Assembly: GCA_043822065.1 (NCBI GenBank)
Contig: JBDRCC010000003.1
Span: forward strand, 1-32,510
Reading direction: 5' to 3'
DNA from: an archaeon
GTDB lineage: Archaea; Undinarchaeota; CAZHTU01; JBDRCC01
DNA length: 32,510 nt
Part shown: positions 24,802 to 32,510 of the stretch, piece after piece
Position numbering within the stretch: position 1 is the stretch's first letter
How the letters are laid out: every line of letters starts with the position of its first letter
Position numbers and translations under genes: made by a program
The notes under the pieces: generated by a model
Told to the model about the DNA's origin: nothing
Databases searched by the model: none
Seen by the model: the letters and a program-made list of their open reading frames with translations, nothing else

Positions 24802-25835
24802 TCCACCCTGTATCTCGTCAGCGCCGCAATCCCGCCAAGCCCCTCAAGTTGCTTTCCGGATTCGTGTTCCACCGAGATTATCAGCAGCCGCCCGTTCCCC
24901 CTTTCCGCGGACTCTATCACGTCCCTCAGCTCGCCGCCCCTCAGCTTCTCATCAGTAATCATCAGCACTTCCACAGCGCCTGCCTGCGCAGCGTTCCTCA
25001 CCTGCGCCGGGCCGTACGTCGCCCTGCCCTCTTTTGCAATCTCCGTAAGCAGCTTCTCCATCAGCGCGCTTTCCTCTGCGAGCTTGCTTTCCTTTGCAAT
25101 CCTGTGGAGGATGCCCTTCTTCATGACCTCTGAAACTGCATTCTCGCCTGAGGAGCCGGTGTGCTCCATTATGCATTTGCCCGCAATCTCAGAATGCTTC
25201 TCCTTGATTGCCTTGAACAGGTCCTCCTTGTAGAACCCGGCGCCGCAGACCACGCACTTGCCGAACTCGTACTTCGACAGCGCCTCTGCGACTTCGGAAT
25301 AGAATTTCTTTTCAGCATCGGCTATCTTCTCCGGCTGGTCCTTGCCGGGAATCTGGGCGCGCATGGTCTTGTAGTCGACTCCGAAGTCCTTCACAAAGCC
25401 GAAGACTGCTTCGCCCCTGTCGACTGAAACAACAACAAGCTTCGGCGCCCTCTTCTCGCACCCCTCAAGTATGCCAAGGATTGCCCGGCTCCACTCTTTC
25501 TCTATAATAATAGAGTCGCCGAGCTCCAGGTTAAGCGCGTGGTGCGAGCCGAAGTCGACAAACGCCTCAGGCGTGCCTGACTCTATGACACCGTGGACCC
25601 TGAACCTGTCCGAGCTCCTATGGAACTCGACCTTTTCGACCTTGAGCTTGATGTTTATTGCTTTCCTTTCCGCCTTCTTGCTCCTGAGCTTGTCGCCGGA
25701 CTCAAACCTGACCCAGCTCCTCCCGTAAACAACGTCGCCTGGCGAAATTACGTTCCCAAGGTACCACATGTCTTCAAGGGTGTCCACCCTGACGCTGACC
25801 TTGTTCTCCCGCATCTTTTTCCAGAGAATCTGCAT
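24798..25835 (-). CDS. pelA: Pelota (aPelota/Dom34) mRNA surveillance and ribosome-rescue factor
   Basis: TLEDMWYL...PGD, VEKVEF, RVHGVI, GSHHAL, GAGFYK, ATYG, GAVEVLMITD, HESGKQLEGLGGIAALTRY. Confidence 0.96.
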   Translation of the reverse strand: MQILWKKMRENKVSVRVDTLEDMWYLGNVISPGDVVYGRSWVRFESGDKLRSKKAERKAINIKLKVEKVEFHRSSDRFRVHGVIESGTPEAFVDFGSHHALNLELGDSIIIEKEWSRAILGILEGCEKRAPKLVVVSVDRGEAVFGFVKDFGVDYKTMRAQIPGKDQPEKIADAEKKFYSEVAEALSKYEFGKCVVCGAGFYKEDLFKAIKEKHSEIAGKCIMEHTGSSGENAVSEVMKKGILHRIAKESKLAEESALMEKLLTEIAKEGRATYGPAQVRNAAQAGAVEVLMITDEKLRGGELRDVIESAERGNGRLLIISVEHESGKQLEGLGGIAALTRYRVE

Positions 25836-25910
25836 AACACCCCTATAATACTATATTATAAATTCTTACCCATAATAATCCTTATTAAACAGGAGGCATT
25901 ATACTACCCC

Positions 25911-26435
25911 ATGGGTTTCATAGAAACACTAACAGGAGCATTCTCCAGGATAATACCCTCACACAAGCCGAAGGAGGGCGAGCCTGACATAGGGGCTGGG
26001 CAGAAACGGCTTTTAGAAACGGCAGTATCCCTAATCAAAGAGCTGAAAAACCTGGAGGCACAGGAGCAGAAGCTCATGCGGAACCTCTCAAAACTGGAGG
26101 ACAGCGAGGGGTCTGAGCAGAAAAAGCTGGAAAAGGCTTCCGCAAATGTCGACCGGGAGGAAGCCAAGGCAATAGAGAAAGCAGCGTCCCAAAACTGGCA
26201 GGGTGCGATATCCGACGTGCGGAAAGTTGCCCGCGACCTTATGGCTGCTGTCCGCATCACAAAGGAAACTGAAGAAAACCTCAAAGCCGCGAAGGTGGAC
26301 GAGGCAGAAATAAAGAAGCTCCAGGCTGCAAAGGACAAGCTGCTCCAGCAGCTGGTCCCCATCATCAGGCAGCTAGAAAGCGCGCACGGAATACCTGACA
26401 TCGAAGCGCAGATGCGGCGGCTGGAGGGGAAGTAA
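25911..26435 (+). CDS. 174-aa helical-hairpin protein with N-terminal amphipathic helix and central WxG
   Basis: ATG 25911 chosen because the listed 280-aa ORF extends antisense into pelA. MGFIETLTGAFSRII; two ~60-aa helices flanking NWQGA. Confidence 0.8.
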   Translation: MGFIETLTGAFSRIIPSHKPKEGEPDIGAGQKRLLETAVSLIKELKNLEAQEQKLMRNLSKLEDSEGSEQKKLEKASANVDREEAKAIEKAASQNWQGAISDVRKVARDLMAAVRITKETEENLKAAKVDEAEIKKLQAAKDKLLQQLVPIIRQLESAHGIPDIEAQMRRLEGK

Positions 26436-28960
26436 TGGCACTGTTGTCCTCGCCAGCCACGTCTGCAGGAGACATATCCAAGCTTCTCAAGGACTTCGAG
26501 GATATGATAACCGGAATCCGGGACATAAACAAGAAGATAGCCTCCAAGGATTACAAGGGCGCGGAATCAAAAATGAATCGCGTTTCGGCAGACCTCTCCA
26601 ATGCGAAAAAGAGCATTTTGTACGCCATGGAGCACTCAAAAGCCGAGGAGCGCAGGATTTCCGCTTTGGACAAGATCGAGGAAAATATTGAGGAGAAGAT
26701 AGAGCTTCTTGAGGATGAGATAAAAGACGAGACGCGGAGCGTCCAGGCGCTTTCCGGCGGGAAGCTGGCGAAGGCAGCCCAATACATGCTAAGGGCAGAG
26801 CAGTTCGGCATGGTCGAGCGGACAGGCGCCCTGCAGGCAGCCCAAGCTAAGAAATCAAGGATGGCAGCGGCGATAGACAAAAATGCCGCGCTCCAGAAAA
26901 AAGCCCTCGGCGGGGTTGGAAAATTAGGAAGCAAGCTGAAGGCGCTGGGGGACAGCGACATGCTCAAGGGGAAGGAAATCAAGGCACCAACAGCCTCGGT
27001 GATGATGTCTGGGCCGTTAGGGCTTCTTGGGATAGGCGACCTCAAGCTCGACAAGGCCGCAAAGGACATCGGCGGAGGGATTGAAAAAGGCTCAGCGGAG
27101 ATTGCCGAAGGCTCTGAAAAAATGGCGCAGGTGCAAAAGCTGATGGCGACCAAGGAAGGCAGGAAATACATCCGCGAACACCCTGACCAGTTTCAGGACA
27201 TGGCGGCTGACGCAGTATTCACCGAAATGCACGGCACGGTGGACGCCGCAGAGGGGTTCACAAAAACACTTGACCAGACGCTGAAGATGTCGACTACAGC
27301 AGCCCTAGAGGATACTGTAGACGACTTTGAATCCATGTCACGCGATTCAATGGAAGCCAGCAGGCTTGCAAAAAATGTCCTGACCGGAAAGACAAAGCTG
27401 AACAAGGACAGCATCATCGCAGCCGGGGAGCTTGCCGTAGATTCCGCCAAGGACTATGCAAAACTAAGCCTTGACGAGGTCGACGACCTCACTTCCTGGG
27501 TGCCAATTGCAGGAAAAATGGTCCACGGGGTAAAAAAGGATTTAACCGGCTTAGCCGACGACGTCGTAAACATGAGTGAAGAATCTGCCGAAGGCGAGAT
27601 AGTGACCGTCGGCCAGATTACTGGAGCGGCAGTCGATACCGCAAAGGTCGGAAAGGACGTTGCCGAGGTAGCTATTGCCGTCGGAACCATGGGCGCAGGC
27701 GCCGCCGTAGTAGGCGGCGTTGAAGCCGCCGCAGAGGTCGGCACTGAGGTCGCAATCGAAGCCGCCGCAGAAGCAGGCGCCGAAGCCGCCGCAGAGGCTG
27801 CAGCAGAGGCAGCAGCAGAAGCCGCCGCAGAAGCCAGCGCAGAAGCCGCCGCGGAAGCGAGTGCTGAGGCCGCCGCAGAAGCATCAGCAGAAGCCGCAGC
27901 AGAGGCTGCCGCCCAATCCGCCGCAAGGGCTACAACTCAGGCTGCAACAAGGGCAGGCACACGAGTCGCCTCACGCGGGTTTGAGTCCTTTGGCCAGAGG
28001 GCTGGCGCCCAGCTCCAATCGCGCGGGATGAGCCTCCTGGACGAAAGCACGGGCGGCGTAATGAAAACTGGCAGGTCGGCGGCAAAATCCGCCGAAGAGG
28101 CGTTCGAAAGCGGGAAGAAGGGGGTTGACGCGCTAAAGCGCGGGGACTACAAGGAAGCCGCCAAGCACGGCCTGGACACCTACAAGAAAGGCAGGAAAGC
28201 CAAGGACGAATTTGACGAGCTCAGGGACAAATTCAAGCGCGAGGACGAAGAGCGGGAGGAAAAGAAGCCGTCCCGGATTGACGGGGCGATGCGGCGCGCT
28301 GATTCAGCACTCCAGAAAATAGAGTCCGCAGAGGAGACTGTAAAATCATTCTCCTCCCCGGAGGAGATAAAGAAACGGGCGATGGCGGAAGCCAAGAAGA
28401 TGGCGGATGAGCACTCAATAATGACTCTCGGCGGGCTTACTGTAGCCGGCGAGACTGACTCCACGTCAGTCGAAAACGCCAAGAGCCTCCTGAGGCGCGC
28501 TGGAAACTACGAAAACATAGGCCCGAACCCGCGGGAGAAGGTAAATGCCGCAATACGGCTCCTGCGCAAGCACAAGGCAAAGGACAGCCGGGAGAAAACC
28601 GAGGTCAACATGCTAATACACCGGGCGCGGGACATTGCGGTCTCAGCCCCGGCGCAGGCAGAGCTCGTTTCCGGCTTGCGCGAGGCGAAAAAGCAGGAGG
28701 ACGCCTACAAAACCGAGATTGCAAGCGGCGAGGTGGCAGACTCACTTGCGCCGGCAGAAATCCCGCGCGCCTCCGTGGCTGAGATGGCAGATGTTATCCA
28801 CCAGAAAACGCTCGAGATGCACCGGAGCCTTGAGCCGGAGCCAATCAGCGAGGCGGACTACCAGTCCACGGAGGACATGCTCGGCCTCGGCGAGGGCGAC
28901 GTGGAAGTCGACCTTGGCAGCGAATCCCCCAAAAAAGAAGCAAAGCTTGCAGAGGCTTAA
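26435..28960 (+). CDS. 841-aa alpha-helical protein with Gly/Ala hydrophobic segment and (EAAA)n repeat
   Basis: Long ORF with a TAATG overlap upstream; no signal peptide; no Cys; VAIAVGTMGAGAAVVGGV segment; acidic C-terminus. Confidence 0.85.
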   Translation: MALLSSPATSAGDISKLLKDFEDMITGIRDINKKIASKDYKGAESKMNRVSADLSNAKKSILYAMEHSKAEERRISALDKIEENIEEKIELLEDEIKDETRSVQALSGGKLAKAAQYMLRAEQFGMVERTGALQAAQAKKSRMAAAIDKNAALQKKALGGVGKLGSKLKALGDSDMLKGKEIKAPTASVMMSGPLGLLGIGDLKLDKAAKDIGGGIEKGSAEIAEGSEKMAQVQKLMATKEGRKYIREHPDQFQDMAADAVFTEMHGTVDAAEGFTKTLDQTLKMSTTAALEDTVDDFESMSRDSMEASRLAKNVLTGKTKLNKDSIIAAGELAVDSAKDYAKLSLDEVDDLTSWVPIAGKMVHGVKKDLTGLADDVVNMSEESAEGEIVTVGQITGAAVDTAKVGKDVAEVAIAVGTMGAGAAVVGGVEAAAEVGTEVAIEAAAEAGAEAAAEAAAEAAAEAAAEASAEAAAEASAEAAAEASAEAAAEAAAQSAARATTQAATRAGTRVASRGFESFGQRAGAQLQSRGMSLLDESTGGVMKTGRSAAKSAEEAFESGKKGVDALKRGDYKEAAKHGLDTYKKGRKAKDEFDELRDKFKREDEEREEKKPSRIDGAMRRADSALQKIESAEETVKSFSSPEEIKKRAMAEAKKMADEHSIMTLGGLTVAGETDSTSVENAKSLLRRAGNYENIGPNPREKVNAAIRLLRKHKAKDSREKTEVNMLIHRARDIAVSAPAQAELVSGLREAKKQEDAYKTEIASGEVADSLAPAEIPRASVAEMADVIHQKTLEMHRSLEPEPISEADYQSTEDMLGLGEGDVEVDLGSESPKKEAKLAEA
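27722..27913 (+). repeat. In-frame 12-bp tandem repeat (consensus GAAGCCGCCGCA) encoding 16 x Exxx
   Basis: EAAA EVGT EVAI EAAA EAGA EAAA EAAA EAAA EAAA EASA EAAA EASA EAAA EASA EAAA EAAA. Confidence 0.9.
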
Positions 28961-29025
28961 TAGCCGCGCCTAATGCCTCTCCCCAAAAGGGTTATATACT
29001 TTCATAAACTTACCTTTTTAAGATA

Positions 29026-31275
29026 ATGCCACCATCATTGGAAGATATTGCCAGCGGTGCAGAAGGAGGCTCGGCGCCACAGCAGATAACCCTCGCGCCA
29101 CCTGAACAGCCGTGGTACAAAAAGATTCTCAGCTCCAAATTCTTACCATTTGCAATCATAGGAATAATCTGCTGCGGCTGCTGCTTCTGCGGCGGCCCAA
29201 TGACCGGAATGTCCTGGGAGAACATACCTTTTGTCGGGCCGTTCCTGAACGCGATGGCGAACATTTATTACCCAATCATGCGCGCCGAGATGCAGAAAGC
29301 CGGGCTCGGGTCCTATGTACAGGCCGGCGCCGGGCTTGGGGTGTTCAGCGACCTCTGGTCAATTTTCAACAACCCCTGGCTGCTTGAGTGGGAGCCTGCC
29401 AAGACGAAGTCAGTTGCCGAGATTTCAGATGTCGGGATTGTAATAGATTATATGGACATGATACCAAGCCAGCCGTTTGCAGGGCAGAAGGCAGCCTTCC
29501 AGATGAGGATACACAATACTATGGCTGACACCATCGGCGCGAAGGCGGAATTCGGCGTCTCGAACTGCGCGGATGTCTTCGAGAAGACAAACCTCTGCTT
29601 CACGGATGATGCATCGTCAGCCGACGCCTTGCGCGGTGGCACATTTTACCAGCGGAACTCCTGCGGCGCCTGCGACTGGGCGTGCGGTTTTGCCTATTCC
29701 ACCGGCGCCGGGCAGGCAGGCCTCAGCGACTACATCTGCGACGACTGCTGCGACGCCTGCATTGCAGAGCACTCAGGCGACCTTGGGTACATAGCATACC
29801 CCTCTTCAGACCTTGCGCCCAGCGACCACAGAATTTATCCCGGCGCCACGATGTACGCAGAGGCGCGCTCCACCACCTACGCCACGACTGAGGTGTGCAC
29901 CAACCAGCAGGTAGCCAGCCACTCAGGCAACATCGAGGGAGTCTTCATGTACGACTTCGCCCCGCTGACCGACATGTATGAGACCTACCCCTTCGGGGAC
30001 TGCAGCAAGAGCGGAGACACATACTCCTGCGTAGCAGGCGACGAGTCCGACGCCGACGAGGTCTCAAACTCAAGGATAACTTCCGCCTCCGGCTACTCCG
30101 ATCTCGCAGGCAAAGAGAAGGAGATGTCCGCCTACAGTTTTAGCCTCTTAGAGCCGGGCGTCTACACCGAGCAGCAGATCCTCGACTGGAAAGGCAGGAT
30201 AGTCAACTACGTTGGCGGCGGGCCGGTCGCAGTTTCAGTCATGCAGTGGAAGGGCGAGTACTACAAGGGGCAGAACATATTCATCCACTACAAGTTCACA
30301 ATCCGCAACTCCGACCCGGATGCAGATGAGACAGCCTACCTCTACTTCGACAGGATTAAGATAGTCATACCCAACGAGCTTGAGGTGAGCACTGGGACAG
30401 AAAACCGGGTAATATGCGGCTCCGAAGACTACCAAAATAAAACTGACGGATTTGCAAGCTCCGTCGACCCTGTCGGGGAAACCCAGGGTGAAATCACAGG
30501 GCTGAAGGTCTGCAGGTTTTCCATCAGCCCGCGTTCGGGAGGATGCTTCTGGTCAACCACTGCAGGCATTGGCGACTGCCCGCTCGGAGACTCCGGCGAG
30601 CCTTTCGTCCTTGTCGAGGGGCAGACCCTCGAGATACCAATAGAAATCAAGACCACCGGCGCAGTGGCTGGAAAGGAATACACAGTCTCGCTTATATTCC
30701 AGAGCGGGGCTTACACCTACCGCCTTGACCAGATGGAAGTCATTGCTGTCCAGCCGCCGCTCGCCAGAACCTTAGAGTCGTCAATGTCGCACGAGTCCTG
30801 CGTCGACACGAGCAAGGTCGACAACGACGGCGACGGGGTATACGCCGACGTCGACCTCTGCGACAATGCGGGGCGTGACAAGTGCCCAGATTTAAATAAT
30901 AATGGTGTATATGATAGCGCAACAGAAAGTACAGTCGGCTGCTATGGCAACCTCCTGTACGAGTGCACCGGCGTCGGAATAGACGCCAACGGCTGCCCGC
31001 TGTGGACCTTCCCATCAAACAACTGCGGCAACTACGCCGACGCGACCGAGACCGACCACTGCTTCTGCCAGGAGAAAGACGTAAGTGGAACAATCACGCC
31101 TGCCTGCTGGTACTACGGGCTTGTTTCTGGGCAGAGGACGACGCTAGAGTGCGCCACCCTAAACACTGCCACGGACATTGTGGAACAGTCCGCAGACCAG
31201 ACCTTATACTGTGACACCACCGGAACCGCCGGGCTAAATGGAGGGTGCGCCGGCACGTATGAAGTACCATCATGA
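29026..31275 (+). CDS. Membrane-anchored Cys-rich acidic extracellular protein with thrombospondin-type-3-like Ca-binding motifs
   Basis: N-terminal TM FLPFAIIGII followed by CCGCCFC; beta-rich core; DNDGDGVYADVDLC and DLNNNGVYD motifs; TATA TTATATA at ~28992. Confidence 0.8.
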   Translation: MPPSLEDIASGAEGGSAPQQITLAPPEQPWYKKILSSKFLPFAIIGIICCGCCFCGGPMTGMSWENIPFVGPFLNAMANIYYPIMRAEMQKAGLGSYVQAGAGLGVFSDLWSIFNNPWLLEWEPAKTKSVAEISDVGIVIDYMDMIPSQPFAGQKAAFQMRIHNTMADTIGAKAEFGVSNCADVFEKTNLCFTDDASSADALRGGTFYQRNSCGACDWACGFAYSTGAGQAGLSDYICDDCCDACIAEHSGDLGYIAYPSSDLAPSDHRIYPGATMYAEARSTTYATTEVCTNQQVASHSGNIEGVFMYDFAPLTDMYETYPFGDCSKSGDTYSCVAGDESDADEVSNSRITSASGYSDLAGKEKEMSAYSFSLLEPGVYTEQQILDWKGRIVNYVGGGPVAVSVMQWKGEYYKGQNIFIHYKFTIRNSDPDADETAYLYFDRIKIVIPNELEVSTGTENRVICGSEDYQNKTDGFASSVDPVGETQGEITGLKVCRFSISPRSGGCFWSTTAGIGDCPLGDSGEPFVLVEGQTLEIPIEIKTTGAVAGKEYTVSLIFQSGAYTYRLDQMEVIAVQPPLARTLESSMSHESCVDTSKVDNDGDGVYADVDLCDNAGRDKCPDLNNNGVYDSATESTVGCYGNLLYECTGVGIDANGCPLWTFPSNNCGNYADATETDHCFCQEKDVSGTITPACWYYGLVSGQRTTLECATLNTATDIVEQSADQTLYCDTTGTAGLNGGCAGTYEVPS

Positions 31276-32510
31276 GCCGCGCAATACTCTTCCTCCCAAT
31301 TCTCCTCGTATTCGGCTGCATTGGCGGCGGGGGCGACTGCCCCGCGGCGCAGTACCTGGACCAGGGCGTTGCGGTTACGTTCATGGACCTTGACCTCACG
31401 AACATAATTGCAGGCAACCCGATTACCCTTTCCATTGACGTCAACAACCTCGGCGAGGCTATAGGCGACGAGGTCAGGGGGAAAGTCATCGGCCCTGACA
31501 CGTTTTATGACCTAACCATCGACCTCCCCGCCGAATGCGCCGGCGACGAGCAGAGATGCACCAACATCAACTTCCCTGACAAGCTGCAGCAGTGCGACGT
31601 TGTTACAGGCGCCGCTTACTGCGGCGTCTTCAACCCACCGGATCCCACTAGGTGCCTTGAGGGGGACGCGACTTCAGGCAGGCTCACGCTTTTTTCATAC
31701 ACTGGCAAGCGCACCCCGTCGGGCGGCATTCCAATCCGCTTCCAGCTTGAGTACAAGTACAGGAGCCAGGGCTGGAACGACATAATCGCAATGTCTGAAA
31801 AGGAGTGGCTTGAGCGGAAAGACAACCCGCCGGTCGGCTACAACTGGAGGAGCGCAGCGCCGGTCCGCGTCAAGGTCGACGTCCCGGCGCGCCCGGTCAT
31901 TCTCAACTATAAGCCAGGGTCAGGCACCTACGGCGGCTGGGAAGACCAGCAGAACATCATCCCAATCAGGATAAGCCTCGAATATGCCCTCAGCGGCGAG
32001 GTGTTTGCTGTTGTTAACACTGCGGAAATAGACGCCGACTTTAGTGATTTTGATGAAAATGGCGCACCAATTCCACACACCGCAGATACTGCCGACGCGT
32101 CAAGAATCCGCGACATCTGCGGCTACGCGACTAACAGCCTGGCGCAGGGGATAATCCCGAACTGCGTCGAGGAGCTGACGATAGAGCTTGACGACGGCTT
32201 TGTCTTTGTCCCAAAGGAGCACATTGCAGGCGGGAGGGCATACTGCGGAGGAACCAAGCAGACGGATAACTGCCATGGGTGCTGGGACGACGGCGTCGAC
32301 CCGGATACTGGGAACTGCTTATTGTTCACCAGCTACCCAGACTACCAGATTATGAAGCTCCGCCCTGCAAAAATCAGCACCATGTCAAGCCGCCCGGAGC
32401 AGTACGTCATATGGATTGCGCCTAACCCGGATTACACGACTACAGACTCCCCTCTAAATCCGCAAACATTTACACAGGACAGCTTCAAGGTAACTGTCAA
32501 CGCAAAATAC
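31272..32510 (+). CDS. Cys-rich putative lipoprotein, paralogue of the upstream gene (3'-truncated by window edge, not in the ORF track)
   Basis: ATGA overlap with the upstream stop; MSRAILFLPILLVFG|C lipobox-like signal; frame open for 413 codons to the window end. Confidence 0.85.
   Translation, partial: MSRAILFLPILLVFGCIGGGGDCPAAQYLDQGVAVTFMDLDLTNIIAGNPITLSIDVNNLGEAIGDEVRGKVIGPDTFYDLTIDLPAECAGDEQRCTNINFPDKLQQCDVVTGAAYCGVFNPPDPTRCLEGDATSGRLTLFSYTGKRTPSGGIPIRFQLEYKYRSQGWNDIIAMSEKEWLERKDNPPVGYNWRSAAPVRVKVDVPARPVILNYKPGSGTYGGWEDQQNIIPIRISLEYALSGEVFAVVNTAEIDADFSDFDENGAPIPHTADTADASRIRDICGYATNSLAQGIIPNCVEELTIELDDGFVFVPKEHIAGGRAYCGGTKQTDNCHGCWDDGVDPDTGNCLLFTSYPDYQIMKLRPAKISTMSSRPEQYVIWIAPNPDYTTTDSPLNPQTFTQDSFKVTVNAKY

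Noticed and set aside
23792-24958. 388-aa + strand ORF
   Set aside because: Antisense shadow of the hydrophobic membrane-protein gene; Thr/Ala/Pro-rich as expected.
25593-25910. N-terminal extension of the 280-aa ORF
   Set aside because: Overlaps pelA antisense and the AT-rich promoter region; the real start is most likely 25911.

Overview
Archaeal chromosomal DNA: TATA-box promoters, nurA-herA, rad50, pelota, diphthine synthase, ribose-1,5-bisphosphate isomerase, a class III signal-peptide pilin and a PGF-pre-PGF surface protein. The compact organisation and orphan surface proteins suggest a DPANN-type lineage (inference). Housekeeping genes alternate with uncharacterised blocks. The most unusual items are: (i) a single-knuckle, bacterial-type methionyl-tRNA synthetase whose C-terminus is a B3/B4 editing-type domain instead of the usual tRNA-binding OB domain; (ii) a ~1.1 kb island (16.5-17.6 kb) with a SWIM-finger microprotein, ten iteron-like GTG(T/C)A(G/T)GT octamers, a GC-rich multi-hairpin block, a perfect 30-bp dif-like palindrome and a solo Cas2/VapD-like gene; (iii) a coupled pair of related helical-hairpin proteins (WxG/YxG turn), the larger carrying a hydrophobic segment and an (EAAA)n rod, followed by two paralogous Cys-rich surface proteins; (iv) a membrane protein coupled to a 986-aa coiled-coil/zinc-ribbon protein; (v) an intact but catalytically stripped aldehyde dehydrogenase homologue. 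No tRNA, rRNA, CRISPR array, transposase or integrase was seen. All family calls are by motif recognition, with no database searches.
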